From assembly GCA_964562925.1 (NCBI GenBank), contig CAZLVF010000004.1, positions 1,955-65,954 on the forward strand: a DNA stretch of 64,000 bases, read 5' to 3'. Source of the DNA: an uncultured Candidatus Bathyarchaeia archaeon. GTDB lineage: Archaea > Thermoproteota > Bathyarchaeia > 40CM-2-53-6 > CAVXDP01. Under the pieces are notes generated by a model. It had not been told where the DNA came from. It searched no databases and worked only from the letters and a program-made list of their open reading frames with translations. Each line of letters opens with the position of its first letter. The stretch's first letter is position 1. The position numbers and the translations under genes are program-made. Below are positions 49,119-57,210 of the stretch, piece by piece.

Positions 49119-49817
49119 ATGAGCTGGGTTGAGAGAGCGAGACAAGCCTCAGCTGTAGCTTCACTCAACCTTGTTGAGAACGACAGCGTCGTCGGGCTCG
49201 GAAGCGGACGGACGGTTTCATTCGTTATCAAAGAACTTGGAAAGAAAGTGAAGAGAGAAGATCTGAACATCAAAGTAGTCCCGACCTCGATCCAGACTGA
49301 GATCCTCTCTGCAAAGAATGGACTGAACCTGACCAACCTACTTGAACATCCTGAGCTTGACCTAGCGATAGACGGCGCGGACCAGGTTGAGGTACGCACA
49401 TTAGATTTGTTAAAAGGAGCTGGGGGAGCCCTCGCAAGAGAGAAAGTTGTGGCCTTCGCGGCGAAGAAGTTTGTGATAGTCGTGGACGAGAAAAAAGTTG
49501 CGAAACACGGCCTCAACGGTAAGGTTCCAGTTGAGGTACTCCCGTTTGGCGTCGGATTCGTCATGAGAGAGATAGCCCGAATTGGTGGTAGACCGACGCT
49601 GAGAGAGAGCAGAGGGAAACTTGGACCGGTCGTAACGGATAATGGCAACTATATCATCGACATAGACTTCGGAAGGATATACTATCCAAAAAAGCTGGAT
49701 AGAAGCCTCAGGACGATACCCGGCATAACTGAGACCGGCCTGTTTCTGGGACTAGCAGACATAGTGTACATTGGCCGAAGAGATCGTAGGGTTCAGACCC
49801 TCAGAGGGAAGAGGTAG
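49119..49817 (+). CDS. rpiA: Ribose-5-phosphate isomerase A
   Basis: GLGSGRT, IDGADQV, KGAGGALAREK, VTDNGN, GITETGLF. Confidence 0.95.
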   Translation: MSWVERARQASAVASLNLVENDSVVGLGSGRTVSFVIKELGKKVKREDLNIKVVPTSIQTEILSAKNGLNLTNLLEHPELDLAIDGADQVEVRTLDLLKGAGGALAREKVVAFAAKKFVIVVDEKKVAKHGLNGKVPVEVLPFGVGFVMREIARIGGRPTLRESRGKLGPVVTDNGNYIIDIDFGRIYYPKKLDRSLRTIPGITETGLFLGLADIVYIGRRDRRVQTLRGKR

Positions 49818-49837
49818 AAGGCGTCTCTCGATCTAGG

Positions 49838-49982
49838 TGCCGAGGACGGGAGACCCGGCACAGACCTTTGTGCTGTCGAACCCGTGGCCTCTGGATCTCT
49901 CCAGAGCGGCTCTATTCCTTATGAGTCCAGCGCTAAAGCCTAGCCCTTGAGGGGCATCTAACCACAGCTGAGCCACCTCGGC
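49838..49982 (-). tRNA. tRNA-Met(CAT), elongator type, with three 23-nt introns (22/23, 37/38, 59/60)
   Basis: Removing 49957-49935, 49919-49897 and 49874-49852 gives a 76-nt cloverleaf: GCCGAGG TG GCTC AGCTGTGGTTA GAGC G CTGGA CTCATAA TCCAG AGGCC ACGGG TTCGACT CCCGT CCTCGGC A. Confidence 0.88.
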
Positions 49983-50121
49983 ATCGACCGCAGTTTTCAC
50001 CTGTTACCGACACTTAAAGATTTGTCGACATAGCTGAACCATTCCATTCATCCAACTTTACGAAGGCATTCTGGTAGCTGAGAAAGGTTTTATCATATAA
50101 CAAGAGAAGAAGAAGCTAGAG

Positions 50122-51360
50122 ATGATTCTAATGGCCCTTAGATTTCTGACGCTTGATGACTTTGACTTGGAAGGAAAAACTGTCTTTCTAAGGGTTGATG
50201 TAAACTCTCCAATAGACCCATCAAGTAACGCGATTCTTGACGATTCAAGAATCAAGGCTACCAAAGAGACGCTGAGCTCTTTGAAGAACTCGAAGGTTGT
50301 GTTGGGATCGCACCAGAGCAGACCGGGCAAAGAGGACTTTACCACACTTGAGGAGCATACAAATCTCCTACGGAGATACTGTTCACAAGACGTAGCTTTT
50401 GTTGAGGACGTTATGGGACCCACGGCCAGAAAGGCCATAAGAGAGTTGAGACGAGGTCAAGTCCTGGTATTAGACAACTTGAGAACCTGTTCTGAAGAGG
50501 TCCTTGACGGCCCATCTGAGAAACTTGCGAAAACCTTGATGATCCAAAGGCTGGCGCCGCTATGCAACCTCTACGTCAACGACGCGTTCGCTGCAGCTCA
50601 TAGATCCCAAGCATCCCTCGTGGGCTTCGCATACGTTCTCCCCTCAGCCGCCGGAAGGCTCATGGAGAAAGAACTCAGGGCGTTGAACCTGGTCCTCTGG
50701 GAGCCAAAACGCCCATGCACCTATGTCCTCGGCGGAGCAAAGGTAGAGGACAAGCTTCCCGTCGTAGAGAACATTGTCAAAGCTGGGAAATCCGATACCG
50801 TCCTGCTCGGAGGCCTCATGGCAAAAATCTTCCTTAGAGCTATGGGATTTGACCTAAGCAGAGGAGACGAGGAGGAACTTGCAGGACTCATACAATACGT
50901 TCAGAGAGCTAAAGTCATCTTGGACAAGTATCAAAACAAGATTACAGTTCCGGTCGACCTTGCAACCCTCAAAGATAATAAGAGGGTTGAAGCCCCAGTG
51001 AAAGAACTCCACCACGATAAGCCTTCGCTTGATATCGGCAGTGATACAGTCAGAGAGTATGCTAACACGATCAAACAGTCCAAGACCGTGGTGGCGAACG
51101 GCCCCATGGGGATCTTCGAGAAAGAGGGGTTCGATTTTGGAACTAAGACAGTTCTTGAAGCGATAGCCTCATGCAAAGGTACAACCGTTATCGGAGGCGG
51201 ACACTTGGCTGGGTTGGCGAGCATGCTAGGAATAGAAGACAGTTTCTCGCATGTAAGCACAGCGGGCGGCGCGATGCTCTCGATGCTTGCCGGCGAAAGC
51301 CTTCCGGGAGTTGAAGCTCTAGTCCAGGCTGCTGAAAGATACAGGCGGCAGAGTGCATAA
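50122..51360 (+). CDS. pgk: Phosphoglycerate kinase
   Basis: LRVDVNSP, SHQSRPG, LDNLR, VNDAFAAAHR, GGAKV, NGPMGIFE, HVSTAGGA. Confidence 0.96.
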   Translation: MILMALRFLTLDDFDLEGKTVFLRVDVNSPIDPSSNAILDDSRIKATKETLSSLKNSKVVLGSHQSRPGKEDFTTLEEHTNLLRRYCSQDVAFVEDVMGPTARKAIRELRRGQVLVLDNLRTCSEEVLDGPSEKLAKTLMIQRLAPLCNLYVNDAFAAAHRSQASLVGFAYVLPSAAGRLMEKELRALNLVLWEPKRPCTYVLGGAKVEDKLPVVENIVKAGKSDTVLLGGLMAKIFLRAMGFDLSRGDEEELAGLIQYVQRAKVILDKYQNKITVPVDLATLKDNKRVEAPVKELHHDKPSLDIGSDTVREYANTIKQSKTVVANGPMGIFEKEGFDFGTKTVLEAIASCKGTTVIGGGHLAGLASMLGIEDSFSHVSTAGGAMLSMLAGESLPGVEALVQAAERYRRQSA

Positions 51361-51400
51361 CCAAGCGTCCACTGTAAGAAGTAGAGACTCTATTTTAGAA

Positions 51401-51489
51401 TGGAGCCCCGGCCGGGGATCGAACCCGGGACCTGCGGCTTGCTTTGGTTTTGATACAAGGCCGCCGCTCCACCACTGAGCCACCGGGGC
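51401..51489 (-). tRNA. tRNA-Thr(TGT) with a 14-nt canonical intron (37/38) and encoded CCA
   Basis: GCCCCGG TG GCTC AGTGGTG GAGC G GCGGC CTTGTA[TCAAAACCAAAGCA]A GCCGC AGGTC CCGGG TTCGATC CCCGG CCGGGGC T CCA; intron at 51453-51440. Confidence 0.92.
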
Positions 51490-51621
51490 GTCTCTTGCTG
51501 GGTCGGGTTCAGTAGGATTGGTAATACGCCTATTAAGTCTGCCCAAAGCAAACGCTACAAGACTTCTCAACGAGCAAAGTTAAGCGATGTATTGACGGGT
51601 CTTTGATCTTACAGGTTTTAG

Positions 51622-51782
51622 TGGGGCTGGGGAGATTTGTTCAATCCGTTGTGGATTTGAACTCCCGATCTCGTGGGGTCTCGAAGGATAGTTTCCCAAG
51701 CCACGTAGCCTAGACCAGATTTGCCTGATGTTCTGGTTGGATTTGGCTGTAATCCAACCTCCATCATCTAGCCGACAGCCCC
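51622..51782 (-). tRNA. tRNA-Pro(TGG) with three introns (15/16, 48 nt; 37/38, 17 nt; 58/59, 20 nt)
   Basis: Removing 51767-51720, 51694-51678 and 51656-51637 gives 76 nt: GGGGCTG TC GGCT AGTCTGGTCTA GGCT A CGTGG CTTGGGC CCACG AGATC GGGAG TTCAAAT CTCCC CAGCCCC A. Confidence 0.87.
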
Positions 51783-52040
51783 ACAAGGCCGCCAGTACCT
51801 CTTAAACGAACCTTTAAGCCTTCTCTGTTTAGCGGCAACAATATTTCACTCGCGACGAATTGGTTCAAGGCGAGGAAATATTGACTTCCTGATTGCTGCG
51901 AGCGACTCATTTCTTGGGTAGAACAAGTGGCTCAGTCTAATGCGAAAGGCTCTAAACTAAACCCATATCATGCAGCCCAAGTTTACCTTCTCACATCTCG
52001 ATACAAGACTTAATGCCTAGTGGAGCGTACTTGAATCCTG

Positions 52041-52481
52041 TTGGTTCGTCACATGGCCATAATCTCAATTTCAATCGAAAAGAAGCTTGATGATCATCGA
52101 GGAGTGGTCTTCGGGATAGAACTCTGTAGAAACAGTAGGTTTGGCTTCGCAATAGTTGACGTTGTCATACAGACGATAAACAGAAACGAGCCAAGAGGGG
52201 TACACTATCATACAAGAAGTTCAGGCAAAATCGAGATATTTGTTCATGTGTGTGGTACTGCTGAATTGGTTTGGCATGAAAAGTCAACGCCCAATGCGCA
52301 ATGTCGACAGACCATGAAGCCTCTGACAGTAGCAGGACAGGTTTACCTAGTGGAGCCAGAAACTTGCCACAAAGTCATAGGCCGAAGCGATGATCCTTTC
52401 TTAATGCTATCTCTCAATAACGTAGCTTACAACAAAGAACATGATTTTCGATGCGAACATGATCTGGCGAAAGACCCCTAA
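52041..52481 (+). CDS. Cupin-fold protein
   Basis: DHRG, RGVHYH..EIF.HVCG and a second motif, VEPETCHKV. Confidence 0.6.
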   Translation: MVRHMAIISISIEKKLDDHRGVVFGIELCRNSRFGFAIVDVVIQTINRNEPRGVHYHTRSSGKIEIFVHVCGTAELVWHEKSTPNAQCRQTMKPLTVAGQVYLVEPETCHKVIGRSDDPFLMLSLNNVAYNKEHDFRCEHDLAKDP

Positions 52482-52583
52482 GTTCTTTGCACGTCACAAA
52501 GACTTGACAGAACCGATTTGATCAATGCTTTTAAGTTTCGCTAACTGGCATCCTGACCGAAGCTCTACTAGAGCGCGGATGAA

Positions 52584-53087
52584 ATGAAGTTAGACTCTAG
52601 AGTTATGGCTTTCGTGGCCACTATGAGCGGGCTGGCGAACGTACTTGGACTGTTTGTAGCTCATACCGGGGTAGTTAATATCCACTTTTCACAGATCCCA
52701 GTGATCCTTGCTGGCCTCGGGGTCGGGCCACTTTCCGGAGCCTTCGTTGGATTCTTCGGTTTCGTAATAGCTGCTTTCAGACTTCCGAGAGCGAACCCCT
52801 ACATTATGGGTGGAAACGCAATCCTAGGCTTTTTCTCAGGATTATTCTATTCGAAGATTCGTGGAATGAAGACTAGGCCTATAGTTCCTCAGCTGATAGC
52901 GGTTTTGGCTGCTTATCTTGTGCAGGCTCCGTACATATTTGTCACAGATGTCTACCTGATGGCGATGCCGGTTCCTATAGTACTGGCAATCATGGCTGTG
53001 CTCTTTCTTGAAGACATAATAAGCGCCTTCATCTGTCACGCGATACTCTATAGAATCGACATCCGAAAGGCTCTCGTTCCGCCATAA
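52584..53087 (+). CDS. ECF transporter S component
   Basis: Small hydrophobic protein with IHFSQIPVILAG...GPLSGAFVG. Confidence 0.75.
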   Translation: MKLDSRVMAFVATMSGLANVLGLFVAHTGVVNIHFSQIPVILAGLGVGPLSGAFVGFFGFVIAAFRLPRANPYIMGGNAILGFFSGLFYSKIRGMKTRPIVPQLIAVLAAYLVQAPYIFVTDVYLMAMPVPIVLAIMAVLFLEDIISAFICHAILYRIDIRKALVPP

Positions 53088-53115
53088 GAACGCGATCCGC
53101 GATGTTTCGCGTATG

Positions 53116-53592
53116 TCAACCTGAGACTTTACATATCTTCAGCTTCTCGAAAGCCTCTTCAGGAGTTTGTGCATCGCGAACTAGGCTCTCGAATTGGCAT
53201 GTTGAGGTTCGATCTCTATTCAATATCTTTGGCACCGTCACTCCAAATTCAAACGGAATCTTGAACTTTTCCAGCGTCGCCAGAGCGTCTTGGCTAGCTG
53301 TGGAAGCGTAGACACGCTTGATACCCGAGTAGATGAGCAACATAGCTACTGCCTTTCCTAGAATTTTGTCCGCTGCGGAGGCTCCTTTGAAGCGGGATCG
53401 CTCTTTGTCGATAGCGGTCACGAGCACGAATATCCCCGGAGTCTTACTCTGGAATAATGTCTCTCGATCTTTCACTATTGAAAGTGCGAAACCCCGTTCC
53501 TTGACGTCTCTCTTAGCGATATCAATGTCAGAGACCTTTCGAAAATTCAATTCATCAGAGGCTGCCTGCCTAGTTTTCCTGCTAGACTCCAA
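53116..53592 (-). CDS. DUF1893 (TM1506-like) protein
   Basis: ADKILGKAVAML, VYA..AS..A, ILNRDRTSTCQFE. Confidence 0.8.
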   Translation of the reverse strand: MESSRKTRQAASDELNFRKVSDIDIAKRDVKERGFALSIVKDRETLFQSKTPGIFVLVTAIDKERSRFKGASAADKILGKAVAMLLIYSGIKRVYASTASQDALATLEKFKIPFEFGVTVPKILNRDRTSTCQFESLVRDAQTPEEAFEKLKICKVSG

Positions 53593-53696
53593 AAAGAAGT
53601 TCTCCTTCTCTCCAGTAACCGTGCTCCACCAGACTACGGGACTCTTGGCCTGCGAGAGCTATGAAAGTGTTACGAAACTCTTGCCAAGACATGCGT

Positions 53697-54818
53697 CTAT
53701 AGGACCCGTTTGAACACCATTGTAGCTATGCCAACCATGACTACCGTGAAGACCGCTAAGAAGAGAAAGTCTTCTACAACTGCTGAGAAACTTGCTCCCT
53801 TGTACATGAGTAGACGAAGGGCGTGTACAGCGTAGGCTTCTGGATTGACAACCGTGATCTCCTGCATCCACTCCGGAAACCCTTCGATAGGATAGATCGC
53901 GCCGCTTGTGAAGTAGAGCACCAGATTGATTGGAAACGAAGTGAACTGGTACACCTCTGGCGCCGGAGCCCTTACAGCGAAGGCGGTCATCATGGAGATC
54001 AATCCGAGACTCGTTAGAAAGATTGTGATTAGCATAAGAAGAAAACCTGTAGCGTCGGTCATCGGACGAACTCCAGCCACCAGGATGGCGAGAAACAGCA
54101 TAGTAAGCGATGAGAACATTGCCTTGATGACACCTGCTAGGAGAACTCCTATGATTATCTCATATTGTCGGAGCGGAGTTACAAGGTATCCTTCGATTAC
54201 GCCTCGTTGCTTGTCGAATAGGATGGATACGCCTCCACCGATAATAGAGGCTATGAAGACGGCTTGAATAACAGACCCGGGCGCCATGAACTCGATGTAT
54301 TCGACCTTACGATAGAAGCTGGCTACGTCAAGAATGAGGTTTGGATCACGGACTCCTGTTAGGCAGACTCGGTTCGAGAGCTGTTGAGCTGTAATCTGGA
54401 AGAAGCTTGAGACCGTTGAAGCACTTAGGGGATCAGTGTTGTCTAAGTAGAGAGTGACAAAAGCTTGGTTCTCCTTGCGCAAATGGCTGTCGAACCCGCC
54501 GGGGATGTAGATTATGGCTTTCACTCTCCCCTGTTGCAGAAGGAGTTGTGCAAAATCCAAGTCTGGAACGTCTATCAGACGAACGGTCTCTCCCGTCGCC
54601 ACGGTCTCTAGAAAAGCCGTAGAGTAGCTGCCTTGGCTGTCTCTTACGACCGCTACTGGCACATCAGTTATTTCTCCACCAAAAGCGTTCCCTAACAAGA
54701 CTAGCATCAAGAAAGGCGCCAGGAGAGCCGACATCATAACGAATGGTTGCTTCACAAACTTGCGGATGTCTCTCTCACAAACCCATAATGCGCCTTTCAT
54801 CGCCGCAACGCCTCCCAA
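53697..54818 (-). CDS. ABC-2 exporter permease with extracellular domain
   Basis: VPVAVV.D, YIP.GF, EFMAPG, GYLVTPL, SGAIYP..FPEWMQ. Confidence 0.88.
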   Translation of the reverse strand: MGGVAAMKGALWVCERDIRKFVKQPFVMMSALLAPFLMLVLLGNAFGGEITDVPVAVVRDSQGSYSTAFLETVATGETVRLIDVPDLDFAQLLLQQGRVKAIIYIPGGFDSHLRKENQAFVTLYLDNTDPLSASTVSSFFQITAQQLSNRVCLTGVRDPNLILDVASFYRKVEYIEFMAPGSVIQAVFIASIIGGGVSILFDKQRGVIEGYLVTPLRQYEIIIGVLLAGVIKAMFSSLTMLFLAILVAGVRPMTDATGFLLMLITIFLTSLGLISMMTAFAVRAPAPEVYQFTSFPINLVLYFTSGAIYPIEGFPEWMQEITVVNPEAYAVHALRLLMYKGASFSAVVEDFLFLAVFTVVMVGIATMVFKRVL

Positions 54819-55828
54819 GCGCTTATGAACCTCTTGCGATGAATCATCGTGTCTTCACGTATGCTCCTTCCAGTAAAGTGCAGGAATACGTCGTCCAGAG
54901 TTGGTTCACGGAATGTGACCGTACGAATCCTGCCGCCATTTGCATCTACGAGTTCAACGATCTTGGGTACCGCTTCAGCGCCGCTCTTTACAAGAATCGT
55001 GAGATTGTTGTCTCGTTTCTTAAGATGGAGAATAAGAGTAGAATTCTTCAAAGCTTCGAACGCCCTTTCGGGCAGGCTTGAGAATTCCGCTTCAACGACA
55101 TCTCCTCCCATCACTTCTCTTTTCAAGTCCATAGAAGTGCCTAACGCGACCAGCCTACCATAGTCTATGATGGCAACCCTGTCGCATAGAACTTCTGCTT
55201 CGTCCAAGTAATGTGTAGTGATTACTATTGTGATCTTGTCTTCTTTGTGGATTTTCTTTAAGTACTCCCAAATCGCGTTGCGGGCCTGAGGATCGAGCCC
55301 AGTGGTCGGCTCGTCTAGAAATAGAATCTTAGGTCGATGAATGAGTGATCTGACAAGTTGGAGCCGCCTCTTCATTCCTCCTGAATAACTTCCGACCGCG
55401 AAATCAGCTCTATCCACCAACCCGGCAACTTCGAGCAGTTCTCTGATCCTTTCGTTTCTGACCTCAGCCTGAACTCCATAATACTTTGCATAGAGTTCCA
55501 TGTTCTCGTAAGCGGTTAACTCCACATCCAAGGTCATGGCCTGTGTAACTACGCCTATGCTTTTACGTACCATGGTTGGGTTTCGAAGCACGTCGTAACC
55601 TGCGACTTTGGCATCGCCCTCTGTAGGTTCAAGGACCGTTGTGAGCATACGGATCAAGGTCGTTTTGCCTGAACCGTTCGGGCCAAGTAACCCGAAGATC
55701 TCGTCAGAAGTGACCTCTAGATTCATTCGGTTGACAGCGACCAGATCACCGAAACGTCTGGTAAGGTCAAAGGTTTCTACAGCCAAATCCAAGAAGAGCC
55801 AGCCACCCCAGTTTGCCAATTGCTGCAA
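54797..55828 (-). CDS. ABC-2 (DrrA-like) ATP-binding subunit
   Basis: GPNGSGKTT, YSGGMKRR, LFLDEPT, TTHYL, EPTLDDVF. Confidence 0.92.
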   Translation of the reverse strand: MQQLANWGGWLFLDLAVETFDLTRRFGDLVAVNRMNLEVTSDEIFGLLGPNGSGKTTLIRMLTTVLEPTEGDAKVAGYDVLRNPTMVRKSIGVVTQAMTLDVELTAYENMELYAKYYGVQAEVRNERIRELLEVAGLVDRADFAVGSYSGGMKRRLQLVRSLIHRPKILFLDEPTTGLDPQARNAIWEYLKKIHKEDKITIVITTHYLDEAEVLCDRVAIIDYGRLVALGTSMDLKREVMGGDVVEAEFSSLPERAFEALKNSTLILHLKKRDNNLTILVKSGAEAVPKIVELVDANGGRIRTVTFREPTLDDVFLHFTGRSIREDTMIHRKRFISAWEALRR

Positions 55829-55911
55829 GATAAGTAAGATGTAGTCGAAAGAAATCCTTTATATCCCGTGCACCCCATCCGTGGACGTTCCAACTTGACA
55901 GGTAGTCGAAG

Positions 55912-57174
55912 ATGAAGATACGAAGCCGAGTTCTCATCCTCCTAGTGTGTTCATTCATGCTTCTTGGTTCACTATGTTCATCGTTTCCTCCTGTAGATGC
56001 CATAGGCGTGGCAAATGTGATCGTGACCAAGGTCTATTGGGGAACTAACGAACTAGTTCCTGAAAATGTTCGCCCAGGAGATACGAACGCTCAGCTCTCG
56101 GTTGTCTTATCCAATGTCGGTGATGATACAGCGCGCAGCGTAACGGCCACATTGTTGCTGAAACCACCACTAAAGTATGTGTACTTCCAAGACGGAAAAG
56201 AGTATACTGACACATCTGTCACAAAGGCTGCAGGAGATATCAAAGCTGTTTCACAGGGCGGTTTGCCCTTCACAGTGGTCTTCACCCTTAGCGTTGACGC
56301 GGACGCGGAAGAAGGCGTCTACCACTATGATCTTCAACTATCCTACAAATCCGCTAGAGAGCTTCGCGAAGTCAACCTGACCCACCCCATAGACGTTCCT
56401 ATTTGGTGGGGAGATCTTCTCGTTCAGGAAATCACTACTCAACCAGCCAAGATATTCCCTGGAAACAAGCAAGTGAAAGTGATAGTCAGTATTGCCAATT
56501 CAGGAACAGGCATAGCAAGCAACGTTAGGCTCTGGCTAGAATTGGAGCCGCCTTTCAAAGCTTCATCAAGCGGTTCTGACGCAATCTTTCTGGGGAAACT
56601 TTCATCAGGAGAGACTTACCCAGCCGAGTTCATAATAGATGTTCTGGAGAGCGCAGCCTTCGGCAGATATTCGGTGAGCCTGACCGAGGAAAGAGGCAAG
56701 AAACACGTTCCGATCGGGGAAGTGCCACTCTACGTGAATGAAAAGGTGAAATTTGAAATAGTCAACATCGAACCAAGCGAGGCCAAAGTCGGCGAGACAG
56801 GGCTCTTAATCCAAGTAGCTTTGAAGAACAAGGGCTCGATAAAAGCGGATTCTGTTAGAGTACAGCTTCAGGTCGGTAACTTCTTTTCAGGCACTCTAAC
56901 CGACTTCCTTGGAACCATGCTTGCAGGCGATGTGAAAGTTGCTTACTTTACAGTTGATATTGATGCCAAAGCGCAGCCGAAGGAGTACGTCTTTGACCTC
57001 AGGATTGATTGGACTCAGGAAGACAACTCTCTAGACGACACTTTGACGATCTCCATAGATGTTCAGCCTCCGGCCGTTCCAGTGGCGCCTATAGCGCTAG
57101 TCATAATTGCGGCGATCGCTGTCCCAGGCTACCTGTTCTACAAAAGGCGCAAGATGAGAAAGACTCCGAAATGA
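55912..57174 (+). CDS. COG1361-type S-layer/Ig-like domain protein with C-terminal TM anchor
   Basis: Signal peptide, three repeated 'PG....L.V.L.N.G...A..V' Ig-like modules, C-terminal TM helix and basic tail YKRRKMRK. Confidence 0.75.
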   Translation: MKIRSRVLILLVCSFMLLGSLCSSFPPVDAIGVANVIVTKVYWGTNELVPENVRPGDTNAQLSVVLSNVGDDTARSVTATLLLKPPLKYVYFQDGKEYTDTSVTKAAGDIKAVSQGGLPFTVVFTLSVDADAEEGVYHYDLQLSYKSARELREVNLTHPIDVPIWWGDLLVQEITTQPAKIFPGNKQVKVIVSIANSGTGIASNVRLWLELEPPFKASSSGSDAIFLGKLSSGETYPAEFIIDVLESAAFGRYSVSLTEERGKKHVPIGEVPLYVNEKVKFEIVNIEPSEAKVGETGLLIQVALKNKGSIKADSVRVQLQVGNFFSGTLTDFLGTMLAGDVKVAYFTVDIDAKAQPKEYVFDLRIDWTQEDNSLDDTLTISIDVQPPAVPVAPIALVIIAAIAVPGYLFYKRRKMRKTPK

Positions 57175-57210
57175 GCCCTTGCACCACAGTTGAACATGGT
57201 GCGTGGATAG

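Noticed and set aside
51319..51570. 83-aa minus-strand ORF
   Set aside because: It reads through the tRNA-Thr gene and the end of pgk; spurious.
49838..51782. Integrated element at the tRNA genes
   Set aside because: No integrase, no duplicated tRNA 3' end and no viral or plasmid genes in the window.
51580..51786. 68-aa minus-strand ORF in the track
   Set aside because: It coincides with the three-intron tRNA-Pro gene and has no protein-like features.
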